Of a DNA stretch of 64,000 nt, positions 27,140-48,000 are shown one piece after another. Source of the DNA: Dimorphilus gyrociliatus. Lineage: Eukaryota > Animalia > Annelida. How positions within the stretch are numbered: position 1 is the stretch's first letter; each line of letters opens with the position of its first letter. Position numbers and translations under genes: made by a program. The stretch lies in NCBI GenBank assembly GCA_904063045.1, contig CAJFCJ010000025.1:620001-684000 (forward strand), written 5' to 3'. Below the pieces are notes generated by a model. The model saw only the letters and a program-made list of their open reading frames with translations. It did no database searches and was not told the DNA's origin.

Positions 27140-27815
27140 TTATTCAATATTTTCTTCTGCGGATCGACCTTCTCTTGCCCTCTTTCTTTTAGCTCTTTCT
27201 AATAACCTTCTTTCTCTCTCATACTCCTTCATTCGTAATACGAAACTGTAAGGATAGATACATACAAGTTTTAGTTGCCGGTTTTTAAAATTCTTTCCAC
27301 TCTTAAAGGCAAGACGAAAAGCTTGGAAAAAATGAAAATAAACTCTTAATTATTTACTTTGTAGTATTCTACATAATTTTGTTTAAAAGTTTATAATATT
27401 TCCATCAATTAATTCAAATTATTTATTGGAATTATTGTAAAGTTTGCTTACTCTTCATATTGACAATGCTCCCAAGCATGTAACTCCGGTTTGCAATTTA
27501 CTACCCAAGGCCAGTTATCATTCCTACATTTATAGAAGGGTAGTAAAAGATGTGCGCAATAATCACGAAAGTGTGGTTTTATGTTTGCAGCTTGCAATTC
27601 TTCTTTTGTCGCATAATTTTCTGAAAAGATCAGAGAAGAGTTGAGCGAAATTAGCGTATTTTTAAGGTTAGCAACGAAAATCGAGCGTTTGATGTTTACT
27701 TACTTCTTACTTCTCTGCCATTTTCAAATCCATAATTAGCCTCGAATGTTGGTGGCTTGTTATAATCCGGGGCAGTATCAGGCGATTTTACATAAGCTGA
27801 ATACATATGACCCAT
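27140..27815 (-). CDS. NDUFB7: NADH:ubiquinone oxidoreductase subunit B7 (B18)
   Basis: Three exons: MGH...PTFEANYGF; RDYCAHLLLPFYKC and CKPELHAWEHC (twin CX9C); DFVLRMKEYERERRLL. Gly2 is retained. Confidence 0.95.
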
Positions 27816-28084
27816 GATAATAGAGATTATTTAAGGTCAAGGCCAGAGGCTCCTCTACTAAAGTAAAAGTTTATTGTAAAACTAGAAAAGTAAATCTATT
27901 GAAGGGAATTAACATGTAGGCAATTAATTTCTAGAACAAATGCGTACAAATCTTTCCTAAGCTAGTTTTACGAAAATAACTATGAAAGCAGATAAAATAG
28001 TCGACAATGTCGTCTGCTAGATACTACTTGCACATGGTACTTAAAAAATATATCTTTTTATATTAAGGTATAACTATCTAAGTT

Positions 28085-30669
28085 ATGATTGGAAAAAAAC
28101 GAAAAGCTAGTTTTCAAGCCGAGCAACCAAATTTAAAGCGGTTGAGGAAAGTTGTTGAAAGTTTAGCAGGTGAATCTTCATCAAAGACTGAAACCTTTAT
28201 TGTAAGAGAATCGCTGAGAAAAAAACGACGTAAAGAAGACAGAAATTTGAAGAAAATGAGAAAAAATGCTCATCGAAGAGGAGATAGACTTCCGACGAAG
28301 AAAGGACTAGAAATTAAAAGAGAAAAAGAAGTTAGAAAAAAGTTAAGACAAAAGAAAAAGAAGCTGGAACGTAAAATCGAAAGAGAAAAAAAGGCAGAAG
28401 AGAAAAGATTAGCTCAAGAAGAAAAAGAGCAGGAAGAACACGAAGAAATGCTTCGTGAGAGGGAAATTCAAATGGCTAATAAAGCTGATGATAAAATTAT
28501 TAGAGAACTTGAAAAGAAATTGCATATGACAAAGAAGAAAGGAAAGAAAAAGATTCCACAGTCTTTTGCCGCCGAAGGACTCGATTATTTACTAGATGTA
28601 TTAGAAGGAAGTGGAAAAGATGGGTAATATTTTTAGTTTTTCGTAACGCAAGATATTAGATTTTTAATTCTAATTTAAACAGAGACGATGCTTTTACGAA
28701 TGAAGACTCTAATTCTAAAAACCTGGACAATTCCGATCAAGAAGAACTTGATGAAAGGTTGTTATCTCTTTTCATATGTATTATAAATTTATGGCATTAA
28801 CGCTCTTAGCGATGAAATAATGGAAGAAGAATTTGAAGGCGACAGTGAAGATGGTGGCGATGAAGAGGGAGAAGAATTTGAAGAGAGTGATCAAGAATCG
28901 GAGAGTGAAGATATTCTTGACGAGGAGGAGGAGAAGCAGGAGGACGAGGACGATGTGGATAACGTAAACGATTTTCAAAAAAAGAAAAAAAATATAAACT
29001 TGAGTTCAAAAGAAAAAGAAATAAAAGATGACAGCAAGAATTTAATGAAAGAAGATATCTACGGAAGAACTTTTGATTCTTCCGGTCAAGAAGTAAGCAA
29101 AGCTTATGTACCTCCGGCGCTTAGAACAAGTTCTTCCGAAGATATGAAAGTTAAGAGAAAAATCCAAGGATTGGTAAATCGCTTAGGCGAAACAAATAAA
29201 TTAAAGATATCGGTAGAAATTGAACAAGTTTATAGGGAAAATAGTCGTGCTATTGTAACAGAGGCTCTTACGTCTTCTATAATCTCATCATGTTTACAAA
29301 AGAGTCAAGTAGCCCAAAAATCTATAAGTGATTATATAGAACTATTAGCTATCATCAGCTCATCAATAGGATTTGAAATTTCGGCTATGTTCTTACAGAC
29401 AGTCGCCGAGAAGTGGATAGAACTTTGCAAGGACAGCGATGAGGAAGATAAAAAGCTACTAAATTGTACTCAAATTATTTGCGCATTATATAATTTAAAG
29501 TTATTGAAATCTCCACTTGTACTAGATTTACTTGGTCATATTTGTTCAAGTAATCAACTTTTTCACGTGGAAGTTATCCTAATTATTGTCACACAATGTG
29601 GTTTTATATTAAGAAAAGATGATCCTATAGGCTTAAAAAATGTTATTAATCTTGTAAAAGAAAAATCTGTTCAGTTGATTGATGAAAATAAGGGAGGATA
29701 TTCAAGAACAGAATTTATGATGGATTGCCTTTTAGCTGTGCGAAACAATGATGTAAGAAAATTGCCTAATTACGACGAAGAATTGATTCCAAACGTCCTT
29801 AAAGCCTATAAGAATATTCTTAAACAAAGAAATTTATTACAAGCTAATCCGCTAAATGTTCGTCTCGAAGATATCACTGAAGCTGATAAACGAGGTAAAT
29901 GGTGGCTTGTAGGCGCTGCTTGGACAGGTGATAAATCCACTAAAGATGTAGAAAAAGAAAAAATAACAAAATCTAAATTTAGGTAAGACGAGGAAAGCGA
30001 GATAAATTAAAGTAAATAATTAACTATTGATGTTTTTGTTGATTAAACAGTAATAAAGTTATGAAGCTGGCTGTGAAATTGAGGATGAATACTGACATTC
30101 GCAAACAGATATTCTGTTCAATGTTTAGCGCATCGGATGCTGAAGATGCTGTGAGACAAATGTTAAGTTTAGCGAATACAGCCGCTCATAAAAGAGAACT
30201 TATCAACGTACCACTTGACGTTTTATTAAGAAGTAAAAAAAATGATTGGTTTGTCTTAAGTGTTCTGAAATCGCTATCGAACTTTGATCGAAAATATAAT
30301 ATCATTCTGTCAGCTGCTGTAAGAGAAAAAATTTGTCAAGAGCACGATAAGGATGATACTTATAAAAGATTGGCATTCTTACTTAATGAACTTTTGTTAA
30401 ATGATGTTTTGAGGTTGAATATTTTGAAAGAACTTAACTTTACACAATTAAATCCAAGATTAGAAAAGATTCTAATTGATCTTTTGAAGAAAATATGCTC
30501 TTTAGAACATAGGAAAATTTTGAACATATTTTCAAGGGCAACTGATAAAATTGTGAATTACGGACTTCAGTATTTTACAAGAGCAAAATTAGCGGATTCT
30601 ATTGATGAAGAAATTATATTGCTTATTGAAAATGGTCTGAAGATGGGCTTAAAAAAGAAAAAATTGTAA
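28085..30669 (+). CDS. NOM1: Nucleolar MIF4G domain-containing protein 1 (Sgd1)
   Basis: Basic/acidic N-terminus, MIF4G 'KRKIQGLVNRLGE', 'LRKDDP..LK', 'RGKWWLVGAAW', and MI domain 'RMNTDIRKQIFC'. Confidence 0.93.
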
Positions 30670-32177
30670 AATATGTGTTTATGAAGCTTTAGCATATGTC
30701 AGATAATACTTCTAATAAATATTGTATTTTCGACAATAAAAATTGCTTTGTTAACCATTTCTTCATACAATGTAGTAGTTTGTAATAGTAAATGTAATAG
30801 TATTATGCAGTACTACACTCAGCTGACAACTTGTTTATAAACTATAAATTTAAGCCTAAGTATTCTTTGAGAACGATGACTTGTATAAACTTTACTCAGA
30901 GACTCTTTGATTAAATATATTGTTCAGTATGAATTAAAATAGTTTGAGTTAATCATTTGTTATTTTATTCAATCAAATCAATTATTTAAGAAAATGACTG
31001 TTAAAGCAAAAGAAGGTCAAGGTCAACATATGCTTCGTTCCAAACAAACTAACTGACTTTCTTAACTTGTCACGTGTAAATTTTTTTTGCTATTTTAAAC
31101 AGAAGAATTCAACATTATTAGATTAAAAAATTAAAATTTTTATACGAAAATCAAATTGAAGCACCGCCATTTTGAAGAAATTAAATCTCTCCAAATAACC
31201 TCTTTCTTCTCGTGTTACAAGTAAAATATTTTATAATCATTAACTGTACATAGCGTAGAAAAGAGCCATGTATATTCTGTTTTAAGAAACAACATAAATT
31301 TTCCCATTCTATCAATTTAGCTTTGTCTTTAGTAAAAACTAACGAAGCCGCGGATACAAACAAAGTAACAAAAAATTTATTACGATAAATTGTTTGAAAA
31401 TAAAGTCATTTTAAGATTTAAAACAGTAGAAAGTTCAATTGACCTTATTTTTGGAATAAATAAGTAGCTGGTCTAACCGTTTTTTTTAATGTGCAGAGCA
31501 TATTTTTATCGTAACAGCTTACTTACTATTTTAGCTCAGTCGTATACTATTGTAGCTTATAACTAATACAAACCTAAGTGAAAAACGATATTTTAAATAA
31601 TAATTCTTTATATGATAACATAATTGAAATGTGTAGAGTGTCTTCGACGTTTAGAGATTAAACGAAAGTAGCAAAAGTTTTCTCCTATTTTGACCTTTAT
31701 AAGCACAGCTCAGCACTTTGATTGTTTTAACAACTGATATAGATATATCTCAAAACAGTTGCGTTTTCATGAATTTTACAACTATATTCTAAGAAAAATA
31801 TTGTATAAAATAAAAGAGAACAAATCTGCTTGACGAATAATAATAATAAGAACAATAATATAGTATTGTATTACTTTTGTCCTGTTATTACTATATTATG
31901 CGTTTCTCAATATTAGAATATATGTATTTTTATTATTATATTCTTACAGTTTGCAACTAGGAAATAAAGAAAATAAGACAGCTTATATGCTTTTAAACAA
32001 ATTTTCAAACGTATTGGATAAAAGTTTGTATAGCTTGTTTTATAATTATTTCATAAATATGGTTTTTTAATTATTATTCTTATTCAGCCTGAGACTGAGC
32101 AGACTCTGACTCGTCTATAAATTCCGACATATTTCCTTTTTTGGTGACAGGCCGCATACTTTCCCCATTTATTAAAT

Positions 32178-36895
<4,718 letters not shown>

Positions 36896-37228
36896 GAATA
36901 TAATGTACGAGAATTTGTACTGAATGCTTTTTTTGTACACGGATGGTACTGTGTTTAATTTACATAACCGTTTTTGTAGTTGGTTTATTGTCAATCATTT
37001 ACGAGAGTTTTATAGTGTGGAAAATATTATTAAAGTTAATAACTTAATATAAAACAAGTAATATAAAAGCGATTCGATGGTAAAGGAAGTTTTTATTTTT
37101 TTTTAATAACGAAGTGAAATTCAGAGTAATATAGATTACATTAACATTACAGTATTTTTTGAATAAGTTTACAAATTCATAAAATAAACAAGGAGCGTCA
37201 GTTAAACAGTGGCACAAACTCATTTCTT

Positions 37229-38871
<1,643 letters not shown>

Positions 38872-39621
38872 TTATCTATTTTTTCTAACAGCTTTCAGAA
38901 TCACTGAAAATAGAAATTATTTTTATTATTTTAATCTGTTGTTGTAGATTATATTTATATAAGATAAATTGTTTCTTAAATTAGCTGGTTCGATGCGTAT
39001 AAAGAACAATATTCATAATACTCTCCTATTTTATTCAATATATATATTAGTATATGTATTTTTGAATTGGAATAATAGCTTTTTTAAAAACAAAGTTAGA
39101 AGATGTCGTAGATTAGTTATTAAGTTAGTTCTTTTAACGGCTGAACACTGGTATACGTATGACAAAATTTTCTTGAAGTATTATCTAACATGTATTTAAT
39201 TAACATTTAACGTTTACATACCAATCGCAAGAAAGATAGTGGATATTGCATAAATTTCAGACAGAAAATGCCGTAAACGTACTGGTTATTTCTTAATAAT
39301 AAGAGGGATTTCCAAATCTACGATGACATATTGGACAACAATAACCAACGTGCTTCAATTTCCGTTTCCGTTTTTGTAGGAATTTAAAAAAATATTCAAT
39401 TTGTAGAAATCTGACCAATAGCATCAAATATAACAACTATTAGTATGGTTTGAGTTCGAAATCGAAATAAGACTTCCATCTGCTTTTACCACATCGACAT
39501 ACCCTACTTTATTGGTTTGGTAAATTCTGTGCGACTCTGCCACGTTCTGCAAAAGTCTTATAATCTTCTATTCTTTGAATTGTCCTTCAGTTTCTATCAA
39601 ATAAATTGTCATAACGCAAAA

Positions 39622-41347
39622 ATGTCTTTTGTTGAAGTTAGTCCAGACAGCCACTTTCCCATTCAAAATCTACCCTACGGAATATTCTCTACGTCCGATA
39701 ATGTGGGTACCGGCATTATTCTGATGCACCGTTTGACCTATTTGATATTCATTTAACTAATTAAAAGCATTATTTCACAGCCTAAACATCGTATTGGCGT
39801 TGCAATTGGAGATAAAATCTTGGATCTTGGTATTATCAAGCACCTATTCAACGGCCCAATTCTGAGTTCCTGTCAAGATGTTTTTGACAAGGTTAATATT
39901 TAAGTTCCTTTGAAGTTTCGAATTTCATCGTGTGATTCTTAACAAAAAACAGCCAACTCTTAATGATTTTATGGGACTGGGACGTCCTGCTTGGAGAGAA
40001 GCAAGAGAACGTATAAGAGAGTTGTTGAGCAATGAATGTACCGTTTTGAAGAATAGCAAAGATTTATTATCTAGGTAACAAAAACTAATGATAAAATCGA
40101 TTGAATATTATTTCGGCCTATTTATTTTTATATACATTTACATATGTATATATTTGTTTATTTTATACAGAGCGTTGGTTTGTCGCCTCTCTGCTTCAAT
40201 GCATTTACCAGCCAAAATTGGTTTGTATACGTGTTTTAATGAAAAAGGAATTGTCACCTTATCTAAGTTAATATTATGTCCTTAATAGGGGATTATACTG
40301 ACTTCTATAGTTCGATCCATCATGCTACTAACGTTGGTATCATGTTCCGTGGTAAAGAAAATGCTCTTATGCCAAACTGGCGTTATTTACCAGTTGGCTA
40401 TCATGGAAGGGCCTCATCTGTTGTAGTTTCGGGAACTAATTTGAAAAGACCATGTGGACAGCAAAAACCAAATGAACAAGAACCGCCAGTCTATGGACCC
40501 TGTAAGCTTTTAGACTTTGAGTTAGAAATGGCCTTTTTGGTCGGAAAAGGTAATGATTTGGGACAGCCGATAACTATTGATAATGCTGAAGAACATATAT
40601 TTGGTATGGTATTGATGAACGATTGGAGTGCCAGAGATATTCAAAAATGGGAATATGTTCCACTTGGGCCTTTCTTGGGTAAAAATTTCGGAACAACTAT
40701 TTCTCCATGGGTTGTACCAATGGACGCCCTTATGCCATTTGCTGTTGATAATATGGAACAAGAACCTAAACCTCTTTCTTATTTGGTTCATAACGATAAA
40801 TACAATTTTGACATAAATCTTGAAGTTGCCGTTAAAGGTTTGATTCTCTGGCTTAATAAAGGAAAGGAGATTAATCAATTTTATTTCAGTTGACGAAATT
40901 GCATCCCCAAAGACTATTTGTAGAAGTAACTTTAAAGTAAATAATCTAAATATTCAATTTAACATCGATAATTTACCTAATTATTTCTTAGTACATGTAT
41001 TGGACAATGAAACAACAACTTACTCATCATACGGTTTCTGGTTGTAACAGCCAGACTGGCGATCTATTGGCTTCCGGTACTATTAGTGGCCCCGTTAGTA
41101 GAATATACTATAAATGATAGTTGTCCGGTAAACTAACAAATTTTATTGACAGACTGAAGAATCTTTCGGTTCCATGCTTGAACTATGTTGGAAAGGAACA
41201 AAAACGATTGATCTTGGAGACGGAGTTACAAGGAAGTTTTTGAAGGATGGTGACGAAGTTATAATGACAGGGTATTGTGAAGGTGACGGGTATAGAGTTG
41301 GCTTTGGTGAATGCAGAGGAAAAGTACTCCCAGCTAATCCCCTTTAA
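39622..41347 (+). CDS. FAH: Fumarylacetoacetase
   Basis: [24 protein letters not shown]; '[17 protein letters not shown]'; 'LDFELEMAF'; '[24 protein letters not shown]'; ends '[15 protein letters not shown]'. Confidence 0.97.
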
Positions 41348-41637
41348 TCAAACAATTCATTTAGACAAATACATTAAAAATTTGGCATCATATTTGTATG
41401 CATAAAAGTTTTTTCAGTAGAAAAAGTTGTTAAAGAAAATTATATGAACAAGCTAGTAGAGTATTGTTAATAAATAAGTATTTATTACTAAGAAGAATGG
41501 GCATATAATAGATCGACGTTCATATATTCTCGTACTCGGACGGTTTATAAATTTAAAAATTATAGCATTTACAAGACTATTACTACTGACTTAGCTATGA
41601 CAGGCTAAAAACGGGTAGACATTAAAAATACTTAGTA

Positions 41638-41640
<3 letters not shown>

Positions 41641-41674
<34 letters not shown>
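41641..41674. repeat. (TA)n microsatellite
   Basis: Directly visible. Confidence 0.95.
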
Positions 41675-41677
<3 letters not shown>

Positions 41678-42032
41678 GTATATATACTGTATATATATGG
41701 TCATTGGTTCGTTTCTTTTTTGCTTTTATATAAAAAATATCAATGAACAGATTTAATTACCAAACTATGAACAATTTTCACGGATCCACAAATTATGCTG
41801 AACTCTTCTAGATGTCTCAAATTGAACACAAAAAAGAGAATATCGTTGTAAAAAAATATAGTAAACAATTTATAAAACATAGAGAAAATGTTGCATCAGT
41901 TAATATTCATAACTAAGAGAAATAGAGAAAAGGATAATCAAAAAGAGAAGATTTTTTAATATAAGTTAAGTTAAAAAAAAAAGAAACAACAATGTTTACT
42001 TTCCATTATTTGTATATCAGCACTTGACGCTT

Positions 42033-45000
42033 TTATACTTCAGACTCTTCTAAATACTGTTTGACAATTTCGTAAAGGAATTTATATTGATCCTATAAAA
42101 GAAAGCAATAGGAATAAGTTTGAAGGAAAATTTATCAACTCTAGACATTAATGTAAATAATTACCAAGTCGCAAATGAGTTCTGGACGTCTTAACCTTAG
42201 TTCTCTGACAACGTAAGGTACATCAACGTCTTTTTGCACTTGAATTTTCTCTAAGAGTATAGTTACTGCTAAGACTAGACCGCTTTGTTTGAATCCATCA
42301 CTATGAAATAAGAAAATAGAATGTAAAATATACAAATAAATATTGATAATATTTTGAAATTGGATAAAGATAAAGATAGAAAAAAAAGAGGATTATAAAA
42401 TCAATATAGCTTACTGGCATTGAAAAACGACTGGTCGTTTATTTTCTTTGTCAATTTTAGATCGCCAAACGTTAATTTGTTTAATTAAATTAAGTATATT
42501 ATCTTTGAATTTTTGATTAGATATTATATTATTCTCAGTTGGCCAATGATAAAATTGGAAATGTTTTATTTTCATTTCTTTTGTTTTTTCCTCTTTGGTT
42601 ACTTTTACAGTTAGGTCTCTGATTGTTAAAGAGGGATCTATATTAGCTTGACTGTTAAATGACACTTCCAATGGTCCTCTGACCCAACTTTTCTCTTCTA
42701 TTGGTACATAATGTCCATAACTTTCATCATCCGGTCTAGGATCGTTTAGCATGACTATTGTTGAAAAGTTATGATCAACAACCATTCTCCATAGGTCGAC
42801 ATCAGTATTTGGAAGAGGCATTTGAGTTATAGCGTAAGCATTTTTTGTATAAACTCCCTAAGATATGAAAAAAAAGGGTGTAATTATCAATAAAATCATA
42901 TGCATTTAGACCAAAAAACAAGAAGATCTCTTGTTCATTTAAGAGATTTTTCTTCATCTTTTTGATAGAAGGATAAGACACTTACATCGAAAATTACAGC
43001 ATTTATATAATCGTTACAACCATCCATCCTAAGTAAGAGATACGGTCGATAATTGTCAGCTGGTAAGACATTTTTCAGCCTATTCTTTTCAATATTTTCT
43101 AATAATCCACCTTGTGTAAAATTATTACTATCATCTTTGTTCATAGCTTGTAATTTTTCGAATTCAGTCTCAATTTCAGTTTTACCAATAGCATTTTTAA
43201 TTTGTAACTTAAAATAAGTCTCTGCGAATTCGCTACATTTTATAAAACTATCTTTCCATTGGATTGCTTCGTATATGGCGCGATAAATAAACATATATTG
43301 CTCGGCTGTTTGTACCATGTGAACTCTACATTGTCTCATTTTCCAAACTAATTCAGAGACATCGACACCATTCTCGGCGTCTGATTGCTTAAGAAGATAA
43401 TCTAGAGATATAAACGCTCCGGTTCTTCCAACACCAGCAGAGCAATGAATGACTAGAGGTTTTGATGGCTCATATTCTCGAACTTTTCTATGAAATTCTA
43501 TAAGTGGCACTGCCGATGTTGGCACACCGTGATCAGGCCATGTTGTATAATGGAAATGTTTGATAGTTCTCTCCTTATCATCCTATATTAATCATTTATA
43601 TACAAAAATTTAAGATTAAAGATAACAAAATGGCAAATAGTTAATTAACCTTCGTCAATTTAAATGTTCTTATAACATAGTGTACAGTAGAAATGTTGGA
43701 TTCGAGTTTTACTTTAATATTACCATACTGTTTCTCATCCTCTTCTGGCCAATATAATTCACATTTACGTTTTCCTCCTTCAATTATGTTTGTCAACATA
43801 ACAAGAACTTTGGCATTCACCTTGAATAATATAATTATAAAAAAATTTCATTAATTTTCCCGTAAAAAGGAAGGTATTTTGTATAAATTCTACCTGCCAA
43901 ACCATAGCCCAAATATCTTGAGTTGTAAATTTATTGGCACCTTGAGAGGCAATATAGCTAAATGGTTTCTCATCGGAAATGCTTTCTCCATAACCCTTTT
44001 TAAATGTCATAGGTGTATGAATCATATTATTATATTATATTATAATATATGCAATAAACAAAGTTTTATGCCTCATGTTATCACTTACAGTTATCCAATT
44101 GGCATTTATATAATCTGAATCTTCAACATCCGGTATGGCTTCTAGAATAACTCTTGATTGATCGTCTGATTAACAAGGGAAATAAATAGGAAAAAAGAAA
44201 AAAGATTAAACGTATAATTAACAATTATTTTGTTATTTCTCTATTATTTTTATTACTTACAAGGAATAATATTATTGAATTTATTCTTATGTTTATTAGA
44301 CATCTTTCGACCAATTTCGGACGAAAAGTAAAACGTTCTCGGTATAGACTAAAAAGATTAAAAAGAGAATACAATTAAGATAATGAAAAGAGAAAGAAGA
44401 TGAATTAATCAACAACATTTATGTAACCAACTTTCTTAATCATTGATGGAATCTTTAACACTATTCTTACCTAAAAATCTTTACTTGTATAACTTATCCT
44501 AATTTGAATAAAACGCTCTTACTTATGGTAAGCTCTGTATATAGTACGCTATATTCTATATATATATAAAGTATATATATATATATATATATATCCTCAT
44601 TACATCCATTTTCTGGGTCAAGAAGAGGGGTAAAAAAGTAAAGATTTTTACTCTGATTTGAAAGCTTACCAAAAGGTTATCATTACAAGACTATATGTTA
44701 TTAAAATACACTTTTACAGAAACTACACTGTCAAATATTATAAAAAGAGGAAAGGTTTAAATATTCAGTTAGAAAAATAGTACTATAGATAATGGTCCAT
44801 TTTTATTTACCTCATATTCTTTCATAAATCCCTCTCCATCATTTTTGGCTTTCTCATTAATAACATCTTTTAGTTGTTCTATTTCCATAAAATTTAAAGG
44901 TGGTTTTTCATTTGCTTCCATTTGAGCACTGTGATCCGCCTTGTTCATATAAAAGAAGGAAGAGAAAATAAAAGAAAGGATAAAATGATATATTTCTAGA

Positions 45001-48000
45001 TAATACAAAATTCTTACTTCGTCAACGAAACTTTCAGCCAACTTGGACTGTTCGTCACAATGCTCTACCTTATAATGTAGCGAAACATCTCTTTTCTTTT
45101 TCAGATCCCTTCTCCTAGACAAAACAGAAAAACGACTGTCTATTATATTCTTTTGTATATATTGATATAATGTTTCTATTATATTATATTATTTTACTAT
45201 ACCTTTTTAGAATCATAAAGAGGAATATCAAAATAGCAACTACTAACAGGATACTTCCAAGAATAGCTGGTAGGAAGAAAAAATATAACAACTTTAGTGT
45301 GAATTAAACAAGGCTATACGTAGTTTAGGTTGGACACGCACACACACACATATATATATATATATATGATACAGCGGACAGTAAAAAACTTTTTGTTTAT
45401 AAATATGACACGTCGAAGATTTAGGTTAAAAGTTATCGGTAAGGTTTAAGGATAAGATTAGGCTAGGCTTAAGCTTAATGCAGGGGCAGGTCAGGGGAGA
45501 ACCCGAACCTGAATATTTAAGAGAAATAAGCCAAAAAATACGGTCCAGTACAAACCTCGAAACATATACATAGTATATTTAAAAGCATATACACCGCTAA
45601 TATCTTTTTAAGTGTATAATAATCTTTTCATCTTAAATGTTCATTTTTAAAAAAGCTATTTTAAATATGATTTCTGATCTGGCTACAAATCACACAATAT
45701 ACTATAGTCGTAGCTTTGTTGGTCATGTTGTAGTATTCTGTTTCTAGTTAATTTGTATAGACAATAAGAAAACACAAAGAAAATACAAATATACACTGAA
45801 GAACAAAATAGTATCTGTATCCTTTCTAAATGTTTCTCCTTTACTTTTCAATTAATATCAAAAATTGATGAAATAATCAAGTAAGCTTTAATTAAAGGGG
45901 CTAATGTTTTACCAACGATGCCTATGCTTCCAACGCTACCGGGTGAAATTTTATTCTCTAATATTAACGATTAAGATTTATAGAAATTATTGTTATCTAT
46001 ATAGAAAAAGTAATGTCAAACCTCCTGCCGTAATATATGGAACTTGAGTTGTAAGAGTAGAATTACCAGTGTCAGCAAGAATTTCTACAACTTTTGGATG
46101 ACGAATAAATTCAGTTCTCTTATTGATTCCGAATAGGACAGAAAATTCAATTATGTATAGTCCTTTTTGTAAAGAATAGATCTCTAAAGATGTTCTGTTT
46201 ACAGAAACTACTCGTATGATATTAGAAGCATTTCCTGAATTCCACTTGATTATTTTAAATTCAATCTTTTTAACATTACAATGACTATTCACATGGCTAG
46301 ACGAATTATATTTCCATTCTATAGTTAAATCCTTTCCACCAAGTTCATCGGTTTCAAAATCAGTAATATTTGTAATTTTGGGTAAAGTAGGTGCATAGCA
46401 TTTTAGTGTTTTAAATGTTTGAGTTTCACTTCTCAAAATCTTTTTACTCAAATTGTCATAAAGAAAAATATCTAATCTTATTTTGTACGTAGTGAAACGT
46501 TGAAGAGATGTTATATTAGCTGTATGAGATTTATTAAACTGTTCACCATCAATTTGAATTTCATAACCTCTTTTCCAATTTTCCTCATTTACCGATCGAT
46601 AATAAAGCTCAAATACTAAATAGTTTTCTATTAATTTTTCTGGAATGTTGCATAATCCCCACCATTGAAATACAGTCCAAGTATCGCCAGTTGTAACAAC
46701 TTTAAAGTAATCATCCTTAACGCAAAATTTCGGATTATCGTATTCTAAATTTGATTAGAATAAAATTTAGAATGAAAAGAAAGATAAAAAGTAGTTTACA
46801 AAAACGTCATACTTATGGAACAATCAATATTGTAATAATACTGTTCGCACTGATCATCTGGGCAATAGCCATGTACATCGCATGTACCATGTAGGCATTT
46901 GCAAATTTTACTACAATGTTTTCCATAAGATTTATTACAGCCTAAAAAAGGAATATATAGTTGAACCAGAATAATTCAAGATTTCATCAATAAACTATAA
47001 AATTTTACTTACGTATATTACATAATCCATTTTCATTTTTTTTAAAGCCAGTGTGACAGTCATGAGTACATATTCCATTCGAAATATCGCAATCATCGCA
47101 ATTGCACATCTTGCACTTTCCACTTTTCTTATCTAAATACTGGGTATAGCCACAACCTATTAAAATTTCAAAACATATATATTGATAATACAATGAAAAG
47201 ATATTGATATATTTACCAAATATTTTCAGATCGCAAAAGATGGATTGGAATGGAAGATCAAGTTCTCCCAGTCTCAGATCAATTACTAGCTCATGCCTTT
47301 TGGTACTTTTCATATATCTTTCAAAAGCTGATTGACTCCATAAATTATAATCACATTTAGATGTTATATTGAATAAATAATATTTTTTCTGAGGACCTGC
47401 TCCAAATAATGATTTACTAAAGGATAAGACATCTTTTAATTTGCTTGAACCGCATCGTTCACGTACACCGCCAGTATCAATAAAAACTTCGATTGTTGAT
47501 TCCCCGAAATGTGTAAGGTATCGAGGATCTGGTGGATCTACTGCTTGTCCATATATGATAAATGAATCTAGCGAATATCTAAATGTAAAAGAAATTGTTG
47601 TATGTAGAATCTTCTCAAATTCTAAGAGTTTGGTATCTCTGAAAATTGCGATATCTCGACCCCATCTGATAAATGGTTCTGTTCGATCCGGTAAATATCC
47701 ACATCGGTCTGCTTTAGTTACCATATTATTTTTTCTTTCTAACCAAGTAAATTGGCCCTCTGTAATGATATCAATAGATTTTCCATTCTTAAGAGTTCCA
47801 ACCAAATTCCATTCATATTTAAAGGCGAATCTTTCCAGGGAGAGGCCTGATAGTAAATATATATATATATATATATATAAATATATGTAATTAATAGAAT
47901 ATAGTGGCCAAAATAGTAGGTGAAATAACTATAGTTTGTGTACTTATACAGATATTATCAATATATATTGTAGATATATACAGAATATATCCTACTTAGA

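Noticed and set aside
28781-29009. Minus-strand ORFs rich in Leu, Pro or His
   Set aside because: Antisense of the acidic NOM1 segment.
45817-45825. Perfect U12-type donor GTATCCTTT
   Set aside because: It is on the plus strand, antisense to an RPTP intron, with no plus-strand gene or U12 branch site; treated as chance.
47441-47890. 149-aa plus-strand ORF
   Set aside because: Antisense to the large RPTP ectodomain exon; no independent signals.
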